A stretch of DNA of 64,000 bases from Schizochytrium sp. TIO01 (GCA_004764695.1 SMSO01000031.1:3634436-3698435), one strand, 5' to 3'; shown: positions 32,488 to 43,692, counted from the first letter of the stretch. The notes: generated by a model from the letters alone, not told the origin. Program-made: numbers and translations.

Positions 32488-35400
32488 TTAGGCAGTAGCA
32501 GATACATCATCAGCCCGGGGCGCGATAGTGAGAAAATCCGACTTCAAATAGGTTCGGTGTTCAGGCTCGTAGTATAAATATGCGTGGGTAGCATGAGTGG
32601 TGAACTGCCCAATGTGTCGCGCAATGAATACCAATGCGATTTCCTCTTGTGCTTTTGCTTCAAGCCCACGCCAGTAGAGTGTCACTAGACCAGGTGTAAC
32701 CTCAAACATCTCTATGCCATTTTCTGTTGAACTGACGAGGGAGCGAAGGGCTTCCATATCAGGTTCTAGTCCAGACTCATAGCCAACTCGGAGAATTGGC
32801 ATAGAGACAGGAACCCGCCTGGTATTTGTGATTTGCAGTTGCTTCGTTACAACAGAACCAACCATGGTTGGCGGCGATGGTAAGAACTGCCTTGCACTGG
32901 TTGTCAAACGCTCAAATAACGTGATTTTAGGTGTGGCAAAGGCAATATGAAGAGCGCATGCAGTACTTGATACAGGATGCCCAACCTTGTACTTGACGGA
33001 AAGAAGGTACGGCACATTTTCACGAATATGGTTTGCCAGATACTTGACAAGCATGTTAACCTGAAACTTACTCTCTTGCCCAACATCATATTCTTCAACT
33101 ATATTTTGCTTTGAACTAGTGAAGTTCAATTTTGTTTTCGGAAAGGCATTTACTCTGAGGGCGAGAACACCTCTGGCTTCCTTTCCTTTCTGAGCCTCAT
33201 TCCATAAGGTGAAAGCCTGCAATGCCAGTGCTGTAGCTTGAGTGGAACCAAAATTATTGTTTTGCATGCGTGCTGCAATGCATTGGATAGCACGGCGTGC
33301 ATTTGGCTGCCAGATTTGCTGCTTACTTTCCAGCCAAGCAATTGCAGCAAGTGCGGTCACCTCGTTAAGGTAGCCAAAAGCGTTGACCTGCGTAGTAATT
33401 GTCATGGCCTCAGGTTTCTCCACACACCCTGTCACTTTGGACTGCATGGTTGTCAGTTTGAATAAAACCGCATCTATAGCCTTTTGTTGCTCTATGGATT
33501 GCACAGCGATAAGGGCCGACACTGACAGAGCCAAAACATAAGGGTCGATGCTCTGTTCCAAGTTGGCTCTCATCTGCAGAATTTCTGGTTGCAGGTCCGT
33601 GGAGGAGAGCACTTGAGAACGAAGAAGAGACCACGTGATGTATGCATTAGTTGTCAATTCCGGTGCACGGCCAAAGCTATCAAGAGCCTTGACAGATCTT
33701 TTAAAACTGCCTTGGCCGTCGCGGCGACTCATTAACCAGTTTTTCGTTCGTGCAAACATTTCCTCATCCACGAGATTTCCAAGACCAAGCTCTGGGCGAC
33801 GCATTTCTGCAAATTGCACAAGGCCGTAGGCGGTCAGCGCTTCATGACCAGGACTTCGTCCAAACCAGTCGTACCCGCCCGTGCTGGCTTCAAACTTAAT
33901 CAATCTAGCATAACCATTTCGAAGCTTCGCCTGCGCTTCGCCAATTAGTTGCTGTACGCCAGGATCACGCTGGTCCTCTAGATCAAGACTCAACAAACTG
34001 CGCAGTAGAAGTAGCATAGGATAGGTTGTAGAACTTGTCTGCTCGAAACAGCCATGTGGTTCGGCGATAAGCGAACCCAGGGATTTGATTACCTGAGAAC
34101 CCATTTGAAAGAATACCTCAGCTTCGACAGTTACCTTCTTTTTAATAATGTTATCAGGAAGAGGCCCAAAGTTCTCTTCTACTTCAGTGACTTCACCCTT
34201 TGTAATGCCACCAATGTTTTTCACAATATCCACTCCGTAGTCATTGACCTGAAGACTGTACTGCCCACGTTTCTTGCCACCAGACTCCGAGTGAGCATAA
34301 ACACGAAATGTATTGACGCCAACTTGGTGCAAGTTGGCGGTAATTTTGGCCGAAACCAAACCTTCAGAATTTGCCTTTAGTTGACTCTCATAGATAACGC
34401 CGGGTCGTTTTCCTGTTGAGTCTTGCTTGTTGTTGGAAGGTAAAGGATAGTGAGTAATGAAAGTTTTGATTTCCTCATGAGGCTTTGCGCGTAAAACAAG
34501 TTGCAGAATGAGCACATCTCCAGTGAACGCATGCGCGGGGATGTCGAGTTCGATTGAAAGAGGTTCCGACACCACGAGTTCTTTGTCAGCCTGACCGAGG
34601 GCACCATTTTCATCCCATGCGTCAATCCGTACCAAATAAGTGCCAGCTTTCATAATATTGAAATTCATAGCCCAACTATAGGTTTGAGACCGGTGGTCAA
34701 AAACTGTCTTGCCCTCAAGGTTAGCATAGATCGTCTCTGATTGTTGTCGAATTCGAAAACCACCGTGTCTAGCCATGCGCTTGGCTAGCATTGGGTTCTC
34801 TGGAACTCCAAAATCCTCTGCTATGTCATCTTGGTCGAAGATGTTAGCGTTTTCCTGCTCGCCCATAGCGGGTAGTGCCATTGCATTCTTGAAGTGAACA
34901 AATCGTTGAAAACGAGCGTCACGGTGGTTTTCAACTTGGAGCATACCACCTACAGCGGCGAAAGCAACTAGGTCTTGCTGTTCATCCTGGTTCCACGGGG
35001 ATTGGAATCGAATTATGGATTTACGAGTACTGCGCTTTGGGTCTTGGGCTCCGAAGTACAGCTGGGTCTCAGGCACACCCAACAACTTGGCAAGGCGCAA
35101 AGACTCGCCATTACTATTTCTTTGGGACCATCTTGACTTCAAGTTGTTGAAGAGACGCTTCCGCCAGCCTTGAACCCCAAGCAAGAGATCAAGAGCCTTT
35201 CTGTTCTCTCCTAAGTAGTCATTTACAGAGAGGAACTCATCCACCTCGTTCTCAAGTAGAACACTTTCCCGGAGCGAGGGATGCCAGCGCCGTGTAGGGT
35301 ATTGTTTCAAACGAGAAAGGTCCACAACAGTGATGGCGAGACTTGCTTGTTTGTTTGTCGAAACCTCTAGTGAGATTGCACTGTTGGAAGTAACAGTGGA

Positions 35401-37071
35401 CTGGCCTGAGATCTCAACATCGATCTTTTGCAGAGGATCTACGAACTTTAAAATCTCTCCGTACAAAGTCTCTAACGATGATTGAGAGTGCTGCTCCGAG
35501 GAGGCAGACAGACGAAGTACACCACTATATCCTTTCAATTGAAGTGAGTGTTGTGAGGTCAAGTATTTAGTTGACTTTGCAGTGGTGCTGCTGATAAGAA
35601 GGTCGTTCTTCCAAAGGTTCAAGCTGATTGACGTTGTTCTTGAGGAGCAAACTTCAAAATGAATCGCCTCATCCTCGTATACGCTGGAAGAGTCCCCCGA
35701 CGGCTCTGAGTCGATGGAAATGCCAGGACTAGCACGAGGCAACTCAAACGTCTCGCGCGAGTCGCTTCCAGTGAGACGCAAAAAATACGCTTCGTTCTCG
35801 ATTGGTGTAAGAAAAAACCAGCCCCGGCCTTCATGACCTGTTTCCACTGGTTCATGAGATATCACGTTTTCTTTACTGTCAATGACATTTCCACGAATGT
35901 CAACAGGTTCACCAGTTCGTGAGGACCTTGCCTCAAAGAATACCTTATTTTGGCAACCTTCTACAAGATGTCCGCTATTTGGGAAGAAGTTGACATGAAC
36001 CTCTTGAACAAGTGGAATAGGGACAACGTATGTTCTAATGCGCGGATCTTTGTTTACCTGAACGCTGAGTGTAGCTTGGTGAAAGGGTTCACTCGGCAGG
36101 GAAAGCCAAAAAGATCGAGTGCCTTGAGCATCGAGAGGTAGAACTGACGAGGCCCATCGACGCACTCCGTCAACAAGCAGATGTGCCTGCACAAATACAC
36201 CCTGACGAGAACCATCTCCGATACTCAGATCTCTTACATTTGAAACTGTTGCTTGAACCTTTTCACCAGGCCGGTAACCCCTTGCATGGAGTTGTACCTC
36301 TGCAGATAGCTGGGGGTTCGCTTTGGAGTCAAGTCGAACTTCAATCTCACGAGTTCCGGGTCCTAATAGAAGGATTGGCCCAAGATCTGCTCGAGTTTGA
36401 GCATGCTGTTCTCCGCGCACCTGTTGAATTTTAATTTGATAAACGCCTCCAGGTAAATTACTTGGGATAGGTGCGTTTTGAAAATAACTCATTGCCCAGA
36501 ACACAGGATGCCTTTCTACTTCGACCTGTTTTTGATTAAGAAGTACAAACTCAAACTGGGATCTTTGAAGAACCTCTTCAGGAATTGCATCTCCAGTATG
36601 TAAATCGTACGCTGTCACCCAAAATTGGATTGATTCGCCAGGACGATAGAGGGGTCTATCTGTGAGTAAGTGCATGCGGCCACGACGCGGCGCTGCCATA
36701 AGTTTTGTGATATCCTCAAGTGGATAGTGCAAGGCTTCTAGTTCCTTGCTTACATGTTCAAACTCCCAGTCATAGTAGAAATTCTCCAAGGTTTGCAGAA
36801 TGTCTTGAGAAAACAAGATGGACATAAATATGGCTGTGTACACGACTATGGTGGTGAGAATGATCTTCTGTTTGGACATCGCACGAGATCTTTGATGGAC
36901 ATCATTTTGTACCGTGTGGTTGTTTCGTTCTGAGTCAGATACTTTCGCCCCTTTGACAGAAGTCTCCAACGCACTTACAGGTACCAAGAGGTCCTTGTCT
37001 TGTGCGTAGGCACCATCGGCAGTACCATCCGGGATCTCTTCGCCGCTAGCGCGTACCTCACGTTTACGCAT
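32488..37071 (-). CDS. Alpha-2-macroglobulin family / thioester-containing protein with N-terminal transmembrane anchor (1527 aa)
   Basis: TM segment IILTTIVVYTAIFMSILFS; MG-domain motif LLTDRPLYRPGE; VNFFPNSGHLVEG; ALDLLLGVQGWR; thioester motif EPHGCFEQTSS (34039-34053); GGYDWFG..GHEALTAYGL; FGSTQATALAL; C-terminal HAYLYYEPE. ATG at 37071 (track start is TTG). Confidence 0.92.
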   Translation of the reverse strand: MRKREVRASGEEIPDGTADGAYAQDKDLLVPVSALETSVKGAKVSDSERNNHTVQNDVHQRSRAMSKQKIILTTIVVYTAIFMSILFSQDILQTLENFYYDWEFEHVSKELEALHYPLEDITKLMAAPRRGRMHLLTDRPLYRPGESIQFWVTAYDLHTGDAIPEEVLQRSQFEFVLLNQKQVEVERHPVFWAMSYFQNAPIPSNLPGGVYQIKIQQVRGEQHAQTRADLGPILLLGPGTREIEVRLDSKANPQLSAEVQLHARGYRPGEKVQATVSNVRDLSIGDGSRQGVFVQAHLLVDGVRRWASSVLPLDAQGTRSFWLSLPSEPFHQATLSVQVNKDPRIRTYVVPIPLVQEVHVNFFPNSGHLVEGCQNKVFFEARSSRTGEPVDIRGNVIDSKENVISHEPVETGHEGRGWFFLTPIENEAYFLRLTGSDSRETFELPRASPGISIDSEPSGDSSSVYEDEAIHFEVCSSRTTSISLNLWKNDLLISSTTAKSTKYLTSQHSLQLKGYSGVLRLSASSEQHSQSSLETLYGEILKFVDPLQKIDVEISGQSTVTSNSAISLEVSTNKQASLAITVVDLSRLKQYPTRRWHPSLRESVLLENEVDEFLSVNDYLGENRKALDLLLGVQGWRKRLFNNLKSRWSQRNSNGESLRLAKLLGVPETQLYFGAQDPKRSTRKSIIRFQSPWNQDEQQDLVAFAAVGGMLQVENHRDARFQRFVHFKNAMALPAMGEQENANIFDQDDIAEDFGVPENPMLAKRMARHGGFRIRQQSETIYANLEGKTVFDHRSQTYSWAMNFNIMKAGTYLVRIDAWDENGALGQADKELVVSEPLSIELDIPAHAFTGDVLILQLVLRAKPHEEIKTFITHYPLPSNNKQDSTGKRPGVIYESQLKANSEGLVSAKITANLHQVGVNTFRVYAHSESGGKKRGQYSLQVNDYGVDIVKNIGGITKGEVTEVEENFGPLPDNIIKKKVTVEAEVFFQMGSQVIKSLGSLIAEPHGCFEQTSSTTYPMLLLLRSLLSLDLEDQRDPGVQQLIGEAQAKLRNGYARLIKFEASTGGYDWFGRSPGHEALTAYGLVQFAEMRRPELGLGNLVDEEMFARTKNWLMSRRDGQGSFKRSVKALDSFGRAPELTTNAYITWSLLRSQVLSSTDLQPEILQMRANLEQSIDPYVLALSVSALIAVQSIEQQKAIDAVLFKLTTMQSKVTGCVEKPEAMTITTQVNAFGYLNEVTALAAIAWLESKQQIWQPNARRAIQCIAARMQNNNFGSTQATALALQAFTLWNEAQKGKEARGVLALRVNAFPKTKLNFTSSKQNIVEEYDVGQESKFQVNMLVKYLANHIRENVPYLLSVKYKVGHPVSSTACALHIAFATPKITLFERLTTSARQFLPSPPTMVGSVVTKQLQITNTRRVPVSMPILRVGYESGLEPDMEALRSLVSSTENGIEMFEVTPGLVTLYWRGLEAKAQEEIALVFIARHIGQFTTHATHAYLYYEPEHRTYLKSDFLTIAPRADDVSATA

Positions 37072-38103
37072 GGTTCGCAATAGTGTTGTCGATTCGAGTT
37101 TGCTCTGTTTTTTTCACGAGCAAACATTTTATCCTTTTCCCAAATTTACCTACTAGTAATATGTAGATAATACTAACTGCTAGCCATTCTTTATGACGCC
37201 TAATGTTGGAAGTACTTATACTATGATGGGTAAAGGAAGTCATACTCAGAAACTGTGCATTCGTTTGATCCATCTTTTCATTTCTTGACCTCGCACATCG
37301 TATCGAATGACAAACACTACTGCATACTGCGCATTTTCAGCCATACGGGGGTCGAGATTTGACGAGGTGTCGTTTTGTGTGGCTGCAGCACTAATGGAGC
37401 TGGCTTGGTGTGTCGCATATACATTCATTGTTGGATGATGTATTTTCTAATGAAGCCAGCCAGTCCAAAGGTCTTCAGAAGTAACTTAATTCATTTTGAA
37501 GCAATTTGTAGTTGCAAGATTCAGTGTAGTATAGCTCGGCAAGGGAAAAAGGAATCTTTAATAGTTCTTTGATAGCCTAAATATCGAGAAATGAGAATAT
37601 GGTTGATCGAAATTCACGCTCTTCTTGTATGATGTTGTTAAACCTTGCTTCAAGAATAGGCGCACGCTCTGAGGGAGAGAATGCGATCGAAACCGGCAGA
37701 AATTTGATGATGAATGCTCGTGAAAATTTGATAGCTCAGCTATATAGAAAAATATCTAACATCGCAAAAAGTGAAGATCTGGCCCATTACAGGTCAGGCT
37801 ACCTCTTAATGCTTTATATCCTCTTTGTAGAGATCAACAATATGAAGACTGGATGCAGTGCTGAATATTTTTAATCGCACAATAAATAATCTCTGTTATA
37901 TAATGCAATTTCCTGATTTACTCGGGGTGATGATTGAGGCATCAAACGTCGACATGATTTTTGGTGGATTGAATAACCCCCACCGCCACCTTGAGAACGC
38001 TTTGAAATAATATGAAAAGTAAATTGTATTCTATCGTGGGTCAAGTCGATCAACAAATTTGAGAATCCTATACTTGGTTGAAAAATATTTGTTCATATAA
38101 TGT

Positions 38104-39351
38104 TCAGTATTTCTTTTTGCTAGACTTAGATTTCTTAGATTTCTTGCCAGATTTTTTCTTTCTGGTTGATTTTGATCGTGGCTCTTCGGGAAAGCTATCT
38201 ACTTGGGATTCGGATAGAACTGTATCCATGGAAGTTCCTGTTTCAAGGAAGCTCATCACGGAGTCATAGGATATCCAATTTTTTCCATAGCTTGCCCCAA
38301 ACTCTGTAACGGGTCCTACAAGCATATGTAAATGAAGATACCCAACAGTTGGCCGAACATGAAATCCGAATTGAACTTGAATCGGCTGTATCCATTGTTG
38401 CAGAGGGATGCCACACAGATCTTCGACTTCGTCAAGGCCCCTATATCGGGAAAAAAACCAGCGACGGTTAGCCTGTACAAAATCTAGCCCAGCTTTATGC
38501 ATGTCTTGAAGAAGCGATATATGCTGTGGGCCAAGGTCAAAGGCCCAACGAAGCTTTACATTGCCTTCAATGCCATCATCTTCGTCATCATCTGCGAAAG
38601 TAACATAGTCATACTTTGGTACAATAAGCACATGCAACAAACGCGATAAATCTTCAGCACCAGCCCCAAAGAAAACTAGAAGGTTTGAGCGGTCCACCAG
38701 TCGTTTTGCACGAATATCACCATTTTCAGCCTGCTCAGGCATTCCTGGAAGACGCTCGCCTTTCATGATTGGGACAAAAATGTTAATTCCGCGCATGATC
38801 GCATCAGGGTTAAGCGCTGCATTCTCGATGTTTATACATTCGGGATCATATGTACCATTGGGAAATTCATCACTCGTTTTCTGTGATTCGCCATGTGTTA
38901 TATCAGTACGGGAGTCAAGTCGATAGATTTCAGACCGAGATGGGGATAATCGACGAAATATGGTGTCAGATTGGACTCCACGGTTCTGTCGGGAGCGTGA
39001 GGCTCCTCTGGATTGCTGCTGCCTATCACTAAATGTTTCGAAAGCATTTTCAGAAGGGAAGGGGATTCGAGCTTTCTGATGAAAGCACTCTGTATCAGTT
39101 ATTGAGGGGCTACCTCTGGCCCACGTATCATAAGGACTAAAGTTTGGATGGCTAAGGTTGTGAGACTCGAAATCTACTTGTAAAGCATCAATTTGTTGAT
39201 GCTGCACATTGCCTTGCGAGCATTGTAATGGGGTTTCATAAGGTAGTGGTTCTTGTTGAGATGTTGAAAATCCAGACCTAAAGCTAGATGCTAGTCTAGA
39301 TAATGATCTTCGTGTGCTTGCAAAGGCACTTTCAGGTTTAGAAGGATTCAT
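38104..39351 (-). CDS. HIT-superfamily nucleotide hydrolase-like protein (DcpS_C/aprataxin/HINT3-like C-terminal domain) with disordered N-terminus and Lys-rich C-terminus (415 aa)
   Basis: LHVLIVPK, LGPQHISLLQDM, and FGFHVRPTVGYLHLHML (cf. aprataxin GYHAIPSMSHVHLHV). Terminal RKKKSGKKSKKSKSSKKKY is NLS-like. ATG at 39351. Confidence 0.72.
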   Translation of the reverse strand: MNPSKPESAFASTRRSLSRLASSFRSGFSTSQQEPLPYETPLQCSQGNVQHQQIDALQVDFESHNLSHPNFSPYDTWARGSPSITDTECFHQKARIPFPSENAFETFSDRQQQSRGASRSRQNRGVQSDTIFRRLSPSRSEIYRLDSRTDITHGESQKTSDEFPNGTYDPECINIENAALNPDAIMRGINIFVPIMKGERLPGMPEQAENGDIRAKRLVDRSNLLVFFGAGAEDLSRLLHVLIVPKYDYVTFADDDEDDGIEGNVKLRWAFDLGPQHISLLQDMHKAGLDFVQANRRWFFSRYRGLDEVEDLCGIPLQQWIQPIQVQFGFHVRPTVGYLHLHMLVGPVTEFGASYGKNWISYDSVMSFLETGTSMDTVLSESQVDSFPEEPRSKSTRKKKSGKKSKKSKSSKKKY

Positions 39352-40250
39352 TTTCAAGAATCAGCTAAGAGACGATAGGTGGAAAATCGAAATCCGGCAA
39401 TTTACTTTGCCCTTGTTCTTTGGAACTCTTTCAACCCTCAAAGCTTATATTGCATGCGTGGTGCTCACTTTCGGGTTTGGTGGCTTGTCGGTGTCTAACA
39501 TTTTGAATAGATTCCTGATGAATAAAGGCCAGCCATCAACTCATGACAACGTCGTAAGCTACCTCTTACTCCCTGAGGGTTGAGTACTACTACATTGATC
39601 GCAGTAGTCAAATATCAGGGTTTGTAGTCTGAATTATTCCCTCTTCAATGATTATCTTCGGATCGAATTATTTCCATGGTTAAGTTAGTATAGCAGTATG
39701 ATAGTGAGCCTAACGAAAGGAATGCCCTCGCCGCAGTTTTCCTTATTTCCCATTGGCAGATGGTCGTCGCTCGATTGCACTACCCACCATAGGGCGATCT
39801 TTTCCACCAAAAAAGTTCTTTTGCATTCGATCATTTTCTAAGAAATGACGCTCGTGGCACTTTGGTACCTCAACAGTTGTGCGCTGCAAAACGATACCTG
39901 GTACCTACCTATCTACTACTAGATAGTACAGAATGCTTCTCAAAGGAAGTTTTCCAGCTTCGAAACCTGAGTTGCTCCAATATAAACAAGGTACCTGCTA
40001 GGTTTCATTAGGATACTACTATTATAGCTGGGTTCTGGTAGCTGCAGCTGCAAATGCTTCTAAAATTCAGTTACCTTCTCCCGACTGCCAGTGATAGAGA
40101 TGTGATGTCATAGTAATGTGCTGTAGCACTACAGACTCTACATGATCAACATCGTATCGTCGTCGCCATCATCACTGCTTTGTCCGAGTGGCCCACTGTG
40201 ATTCTCCAAGCTTTTCATTTGTCGCACAAGCCTCTGGATCTTCGAACAAG

Positions 40251-40295
40251 TTGAAAGAGCTTGAAAGAGCTTGAAAGAGCTTGAAAGAGCTTGAA
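40251..40295. repeat. Minisatellite (TTGAAAGAGC) x4.5
   Basis: Four perfect head-to-tail 10-mers plus TTGAA, with no spacers. Confidence 0.95.
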
Positions 40296-41496
40296 TACTG
40301 TGAAGACTTTTACGAATATCATGACAAATACCACTGAGCTATTTCCGAGAAACCAAGCTAACAACCAAGACAAAAAAATCATGCCGCGCCTTGTCATTCT
40401 CTCCGACTCGCACTTCCGGTACTATGCTGACGATATGGCAAAGCCGATTTGAAGATTACCTACTCGTAGGTTTGAATGTTGAAGTGTCAGTGCTTGTGCA
40501 ACAATGAATTCTTTTGTGTAGAATGCTAATTAAGCTACTTGTTAGTACAGAATACGATAGTCAACGATGACATCGTAATGTTTGAGTTAATCGCCTGGCA
40601 AAAACTTAGTGTCCTTGACTCAAAGAAACCTGCTGGTATATCATTAATTCCAGGAGCGTAGCGTAGTTGCTCGCCATAATGCAATGCTTACGAGTACTTC
40701 ACATGTACTCTATGTAGGAAGCTAATTTTTAGTCTGACTAACTAACTCATTGGACTAATCCTCTTTTAATTTTTTGCGTATATAAACATATCAGCTTAAG
40801 CAGTCTTTTGCTTGTTTTTATTTTGTTTGCTAATCCATTGCTTCGAATATACTTGTATGCAAGTGTCATCATCATTTTGTAGTCTCCACCGCGACATAGA
40901 AAGTATACAACAGGCAAAAAAGACACAACTTGGTATTAATTTAGAGATTTGCAAACGAGCTAACTCTGCTATTTGACCTTTAAAAAAGAGTACAATGTGA
41001 TGTTCTTGAATTACTACCCCAACTTATAATAACAAAAGAAGCTTTCCAAAAAACAAAAAAAATCGATTTTTTGGATTGGAGTTTCACAGAACAGTTTACT
41101 CTGTGACTGATGTTGACTTGCAATATTCTTCTCAAGAGCCGGAATTTCGTATACTAGCATGATTTTCTAATTCAATCAAGTTTACTCATATGTTGCAACA
41201 GTGAAGAACAGTAGAAACCCAAATTGTTCGATGAGTGGACTGTCCCGCGAGACAACTAACTCATAAAAAGGTGATATTGGTGTATAAAAATGATTAGGTA
41301 GTGATGATCCCTTTTTAGTTTGTTTTCTCGCATTCTTTTCCGCCATTTCAGGATGATGATTCAAACATCAGGGAACTTAGATACTGGGAGCAACTCTTTC
41401 CAGACGGCGCAGTTTAAATGATAGGTTGATTCTTGATTTGATTTGTAAAGAAAAATAAATTTGTTTAATTGCGAGATAGATTATGCATGAATGAAA

Positions 41497-43500
41497 TTAC
41501 TTGCGCTTAGGGGGCTCAAGAACCATCTCGTGAAGCGGGGAGCCGGCAGGCACCATAGGCAACACAAAGACATCCTTGTCCACAAACACCTCAAGCACAA
41601 CAGGGCCCTCGTACTCGAGGAACTTCTTCAAGGTCTCCTTGAGCTCAGACTGCTTGCTGCAGTACATGCCCTTTGCGCGCATGGCCTCAGCAACCTGGTC
41701 AAAACGGGGGTTAAACATTGGGGTACCAGAGTGGCGCTCGTCGTAGAAGAGATCCTGCCACACCTTGACCATACCCTGGTAGTTGTTCTGGAGAATCAAA
41801 ACCTTGACACCAACGTTGAACTCGGCAGCAGTGATGAGCTCCATACCGGTCATCGAGTATGAGGCATCACCATCAACATCAATCACAATAGCGTCAGGCT
41901 TGGCAATCTTGGCACCGATGGCGGCAGGGAGACCGTATCCCATGGTACCAGCACCACCGGAAGAGATCCACTGACGGGGCTTGGTCCAGGTCAAGAACTG
42001 AGCAGCCTGCATCTGGTGGCTACCAACACCGGTGGTGATGTAGACTTCGCGGCCGGAGTTCTCCTGGATCTCGAGGAGCTGCTTGTTGAGCTCGGTGAGA
42101 ACCTGCTGGGGCTTGAGGATTTCGTCATCGGTCTTGGCGGCATCGTAGATAAAGGGGTGCTTGGTCTTCCACTCGGAGATCTGGTCGAACCAAGGCTTGC
42201 GCTCCTTGAACTCAACATGCGGTGTAATATTGGCAAGGTTCTCCACGACGTCACCGAGGACAGCAACAGTGGGCTGCACAACCTTGTGAAGGTTCTTGGG
42301 GGAGATCTCAAAGTGCACAATACCACCACGGCCCTCGCGCTCTGCGCGCTTAGCCTCAGGGGCAAATGCGTCTACACGTCCAGTGACACGGTCATCAAAA
42401 CGTGCACCAAGAGCAAGGATAAGATCGGCATTCTGCATGGAGTAGTTAGCGAAAGCAGATCCGTGCATACCAAGCATCTTGAGGGAAAGCGGGCTGCGCT
42501 CGTCAAATCCACCGAGACCCTGCATGGTGGTGGTGACGGGGATGTTTGCCTTCTCTGCGAGCTCCTTGAGCACGCCGGGTCCGTCGAGCTGGCTCTGCAT
42601 GATACCCTGGCCAGCGTAGATGACAGGGCGCTCGGCACGGTTGATCATCTCAGCGATAAGCTGGAAATCGGCAGTGCCCGGAGCTCCGATGCGCTCCTTG
42701 TGGAAGAGCTCCACCTTCTGCTTCTGACGAACAGCCACCTGAGGAGAAGAGTCCGGGATCTGCTTCAACATCACAGCGGTGACATCCTTGGGAAGGTCGA
42801 CAAGCACAGGTCCAGGTCTTCCGCTGGTGGCGATTTCGAAGGCCTCGTTGATGCGTCTAGGGAGGTCTTTGACATCCTTGACCATGACGTTCCACTTGGT
42901 GCAGGACCTGCTGATACCCACGATATCACACTCCTGGAAAGCATCCGTTCCGACGGCGGAAGTCGGCACCTGGCCAGTGAACACGATGAGAGGGGTACCG
43001 TCCATGTAGGCATCCATGATGGGGGTGATGGTGTTGGTGGCGCCAGGACCAGAGGTCACGAGCACGATACCGGGTTTGCCAGTGGCACGAGCGTAACCTT
43101 CGGCCATGTGGCCTGCGCCCTGCTCGTGGCGAGCAAGGATGAACTTGAAGGCATCGCTCTCGAAAATGGCGTCGAAGACGGGAAGGATGGCACCACCAGG
43201 GTAGCCAAAGATGGTGTCCACACCGTGCTCGCGCATGAGCTCGTGAAAGATCTGGGCACCGGTCATGCCCACAAAGCGGGCATCGTCGCTGGCCGCCTGC
43301 GAGGTGGCAGAGGCGAGGGAGCTCTGCGAGCGCAGGGAGGGCTTGGAGACGGCATCATTGGAGAGGTTGGTCTTGGCCTGGACGCCAGACGAGGAAATGT
43401 CGGGCACAGACGAAGACAGAGAAGTGGAGAGGGCACGGAGACCGGCGACGCGGGGGGCGCGGGAGAACACGGCCAGGGGCCGGGAAGCGGCTGACCGCAT
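41497..43500 (-). CDS. ALS: Acetolactate synthase (AHAS) catalytic subunit, copy 1, canonical (667 aa with mitochondrial-type presequence)
   Basis: IFGYPGGAILP, RHEQGAGHMAEGYARATG, TSGPGATN, GQVPTSAVGTDAFQE, RFDDRVTG, ThDP motif GDASYSMT...QNN, QGMVKVWQ. Arg/Ser/Ala-rich N-terminus from ATG 43500; strong C/G-ending codon bias. Confidence 0.97.
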   Translation of the reverse strand: MRSAASRPLAVFSRAPRVAGLRALSTSLSSSVPDISSSGVQAKTNLSNDAVSKPSLRSQSSLASATSQAASDDARFVGMTGAQIFHELMREHGVDTIFGYPGGAILPVFDAIFESDAFKFILARHEQGAGHMAEGYARATGKPGIVLVTSGPGATNTITPIMDAYMDGTPLIVFTGQVPTSAVGTDAFQECDIVGISRSCTKWNVMVKDVKDLPRRINEAFEIATSGRPGPVLVDLPKDVTAVMLKQIPDSSPQVAVRQKQKVELFHKERIGAPGTADFQLIAEMINRAERPVIYAGQGIMQSQLDGPGVLKELAEKANIPVTTTMQGLGGFDERSPLSLKMLGMHGSAFANYSMQNADLILALGARFDDRVTGRVDAFAPEAKRAEREGRGGIVHFEISPKNLHKVVQPTVAVLGDVVENLANITPHVEFKERKPWFDQISEWKTKHPFIYDAAKTDDEILKPQQVLTELNKQLLEIQENSGREVYITTGVGSHQMQAAQFLTWTKPRQWISSGGAGTMGYGLPAAIGAKIAKPDAIVIDVDGDASYSMTGMELITAAEFNVGVKVLILQNNYQGMVKVWQDLFYDERHSGTPMFNPRFDQVAEAMRAKGMYCSKQSELKETLKKFLEYEGPVVLEVFVDKDVFVLPMVPAGSPLHEMVLEPPKRK

Positions 43501-43588
43501 GGGTGCTAGGGGTCGAGGGGTCAAGAGAAGTGCCTGCCTGCCTCGGAGCGGAGCGATTCTGGTGCTGCTTGTTCAAAGGCATTGATCG

Positions 43589-43692
<104 letters not shown>

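Noticed and set aside
32488-37071. Lack of introns in the A2M gene as evidence of bacterial transfer or contamination
   Set aside because: Nearly all genes here are intronless, and the flanking genes are clearly eukaryotic; only phylogeny can decide origin.
40251-40295. 10-bp direct repeats (and the 12-mers at 44549-44648) as CRISPR-like or telomeric arrays
   Set aside because: Head-to-tail with no unique spacers, no cas genes, eukaryotic context, and too short and internal to be telomeric.
42016-43494. 492-aa plus-strand ORF (and its 432-aa twin at 49096..50394)
   Set aside because: Codon-register antisense shadows of the strongly biased ALS genes; no recognisable motifs.
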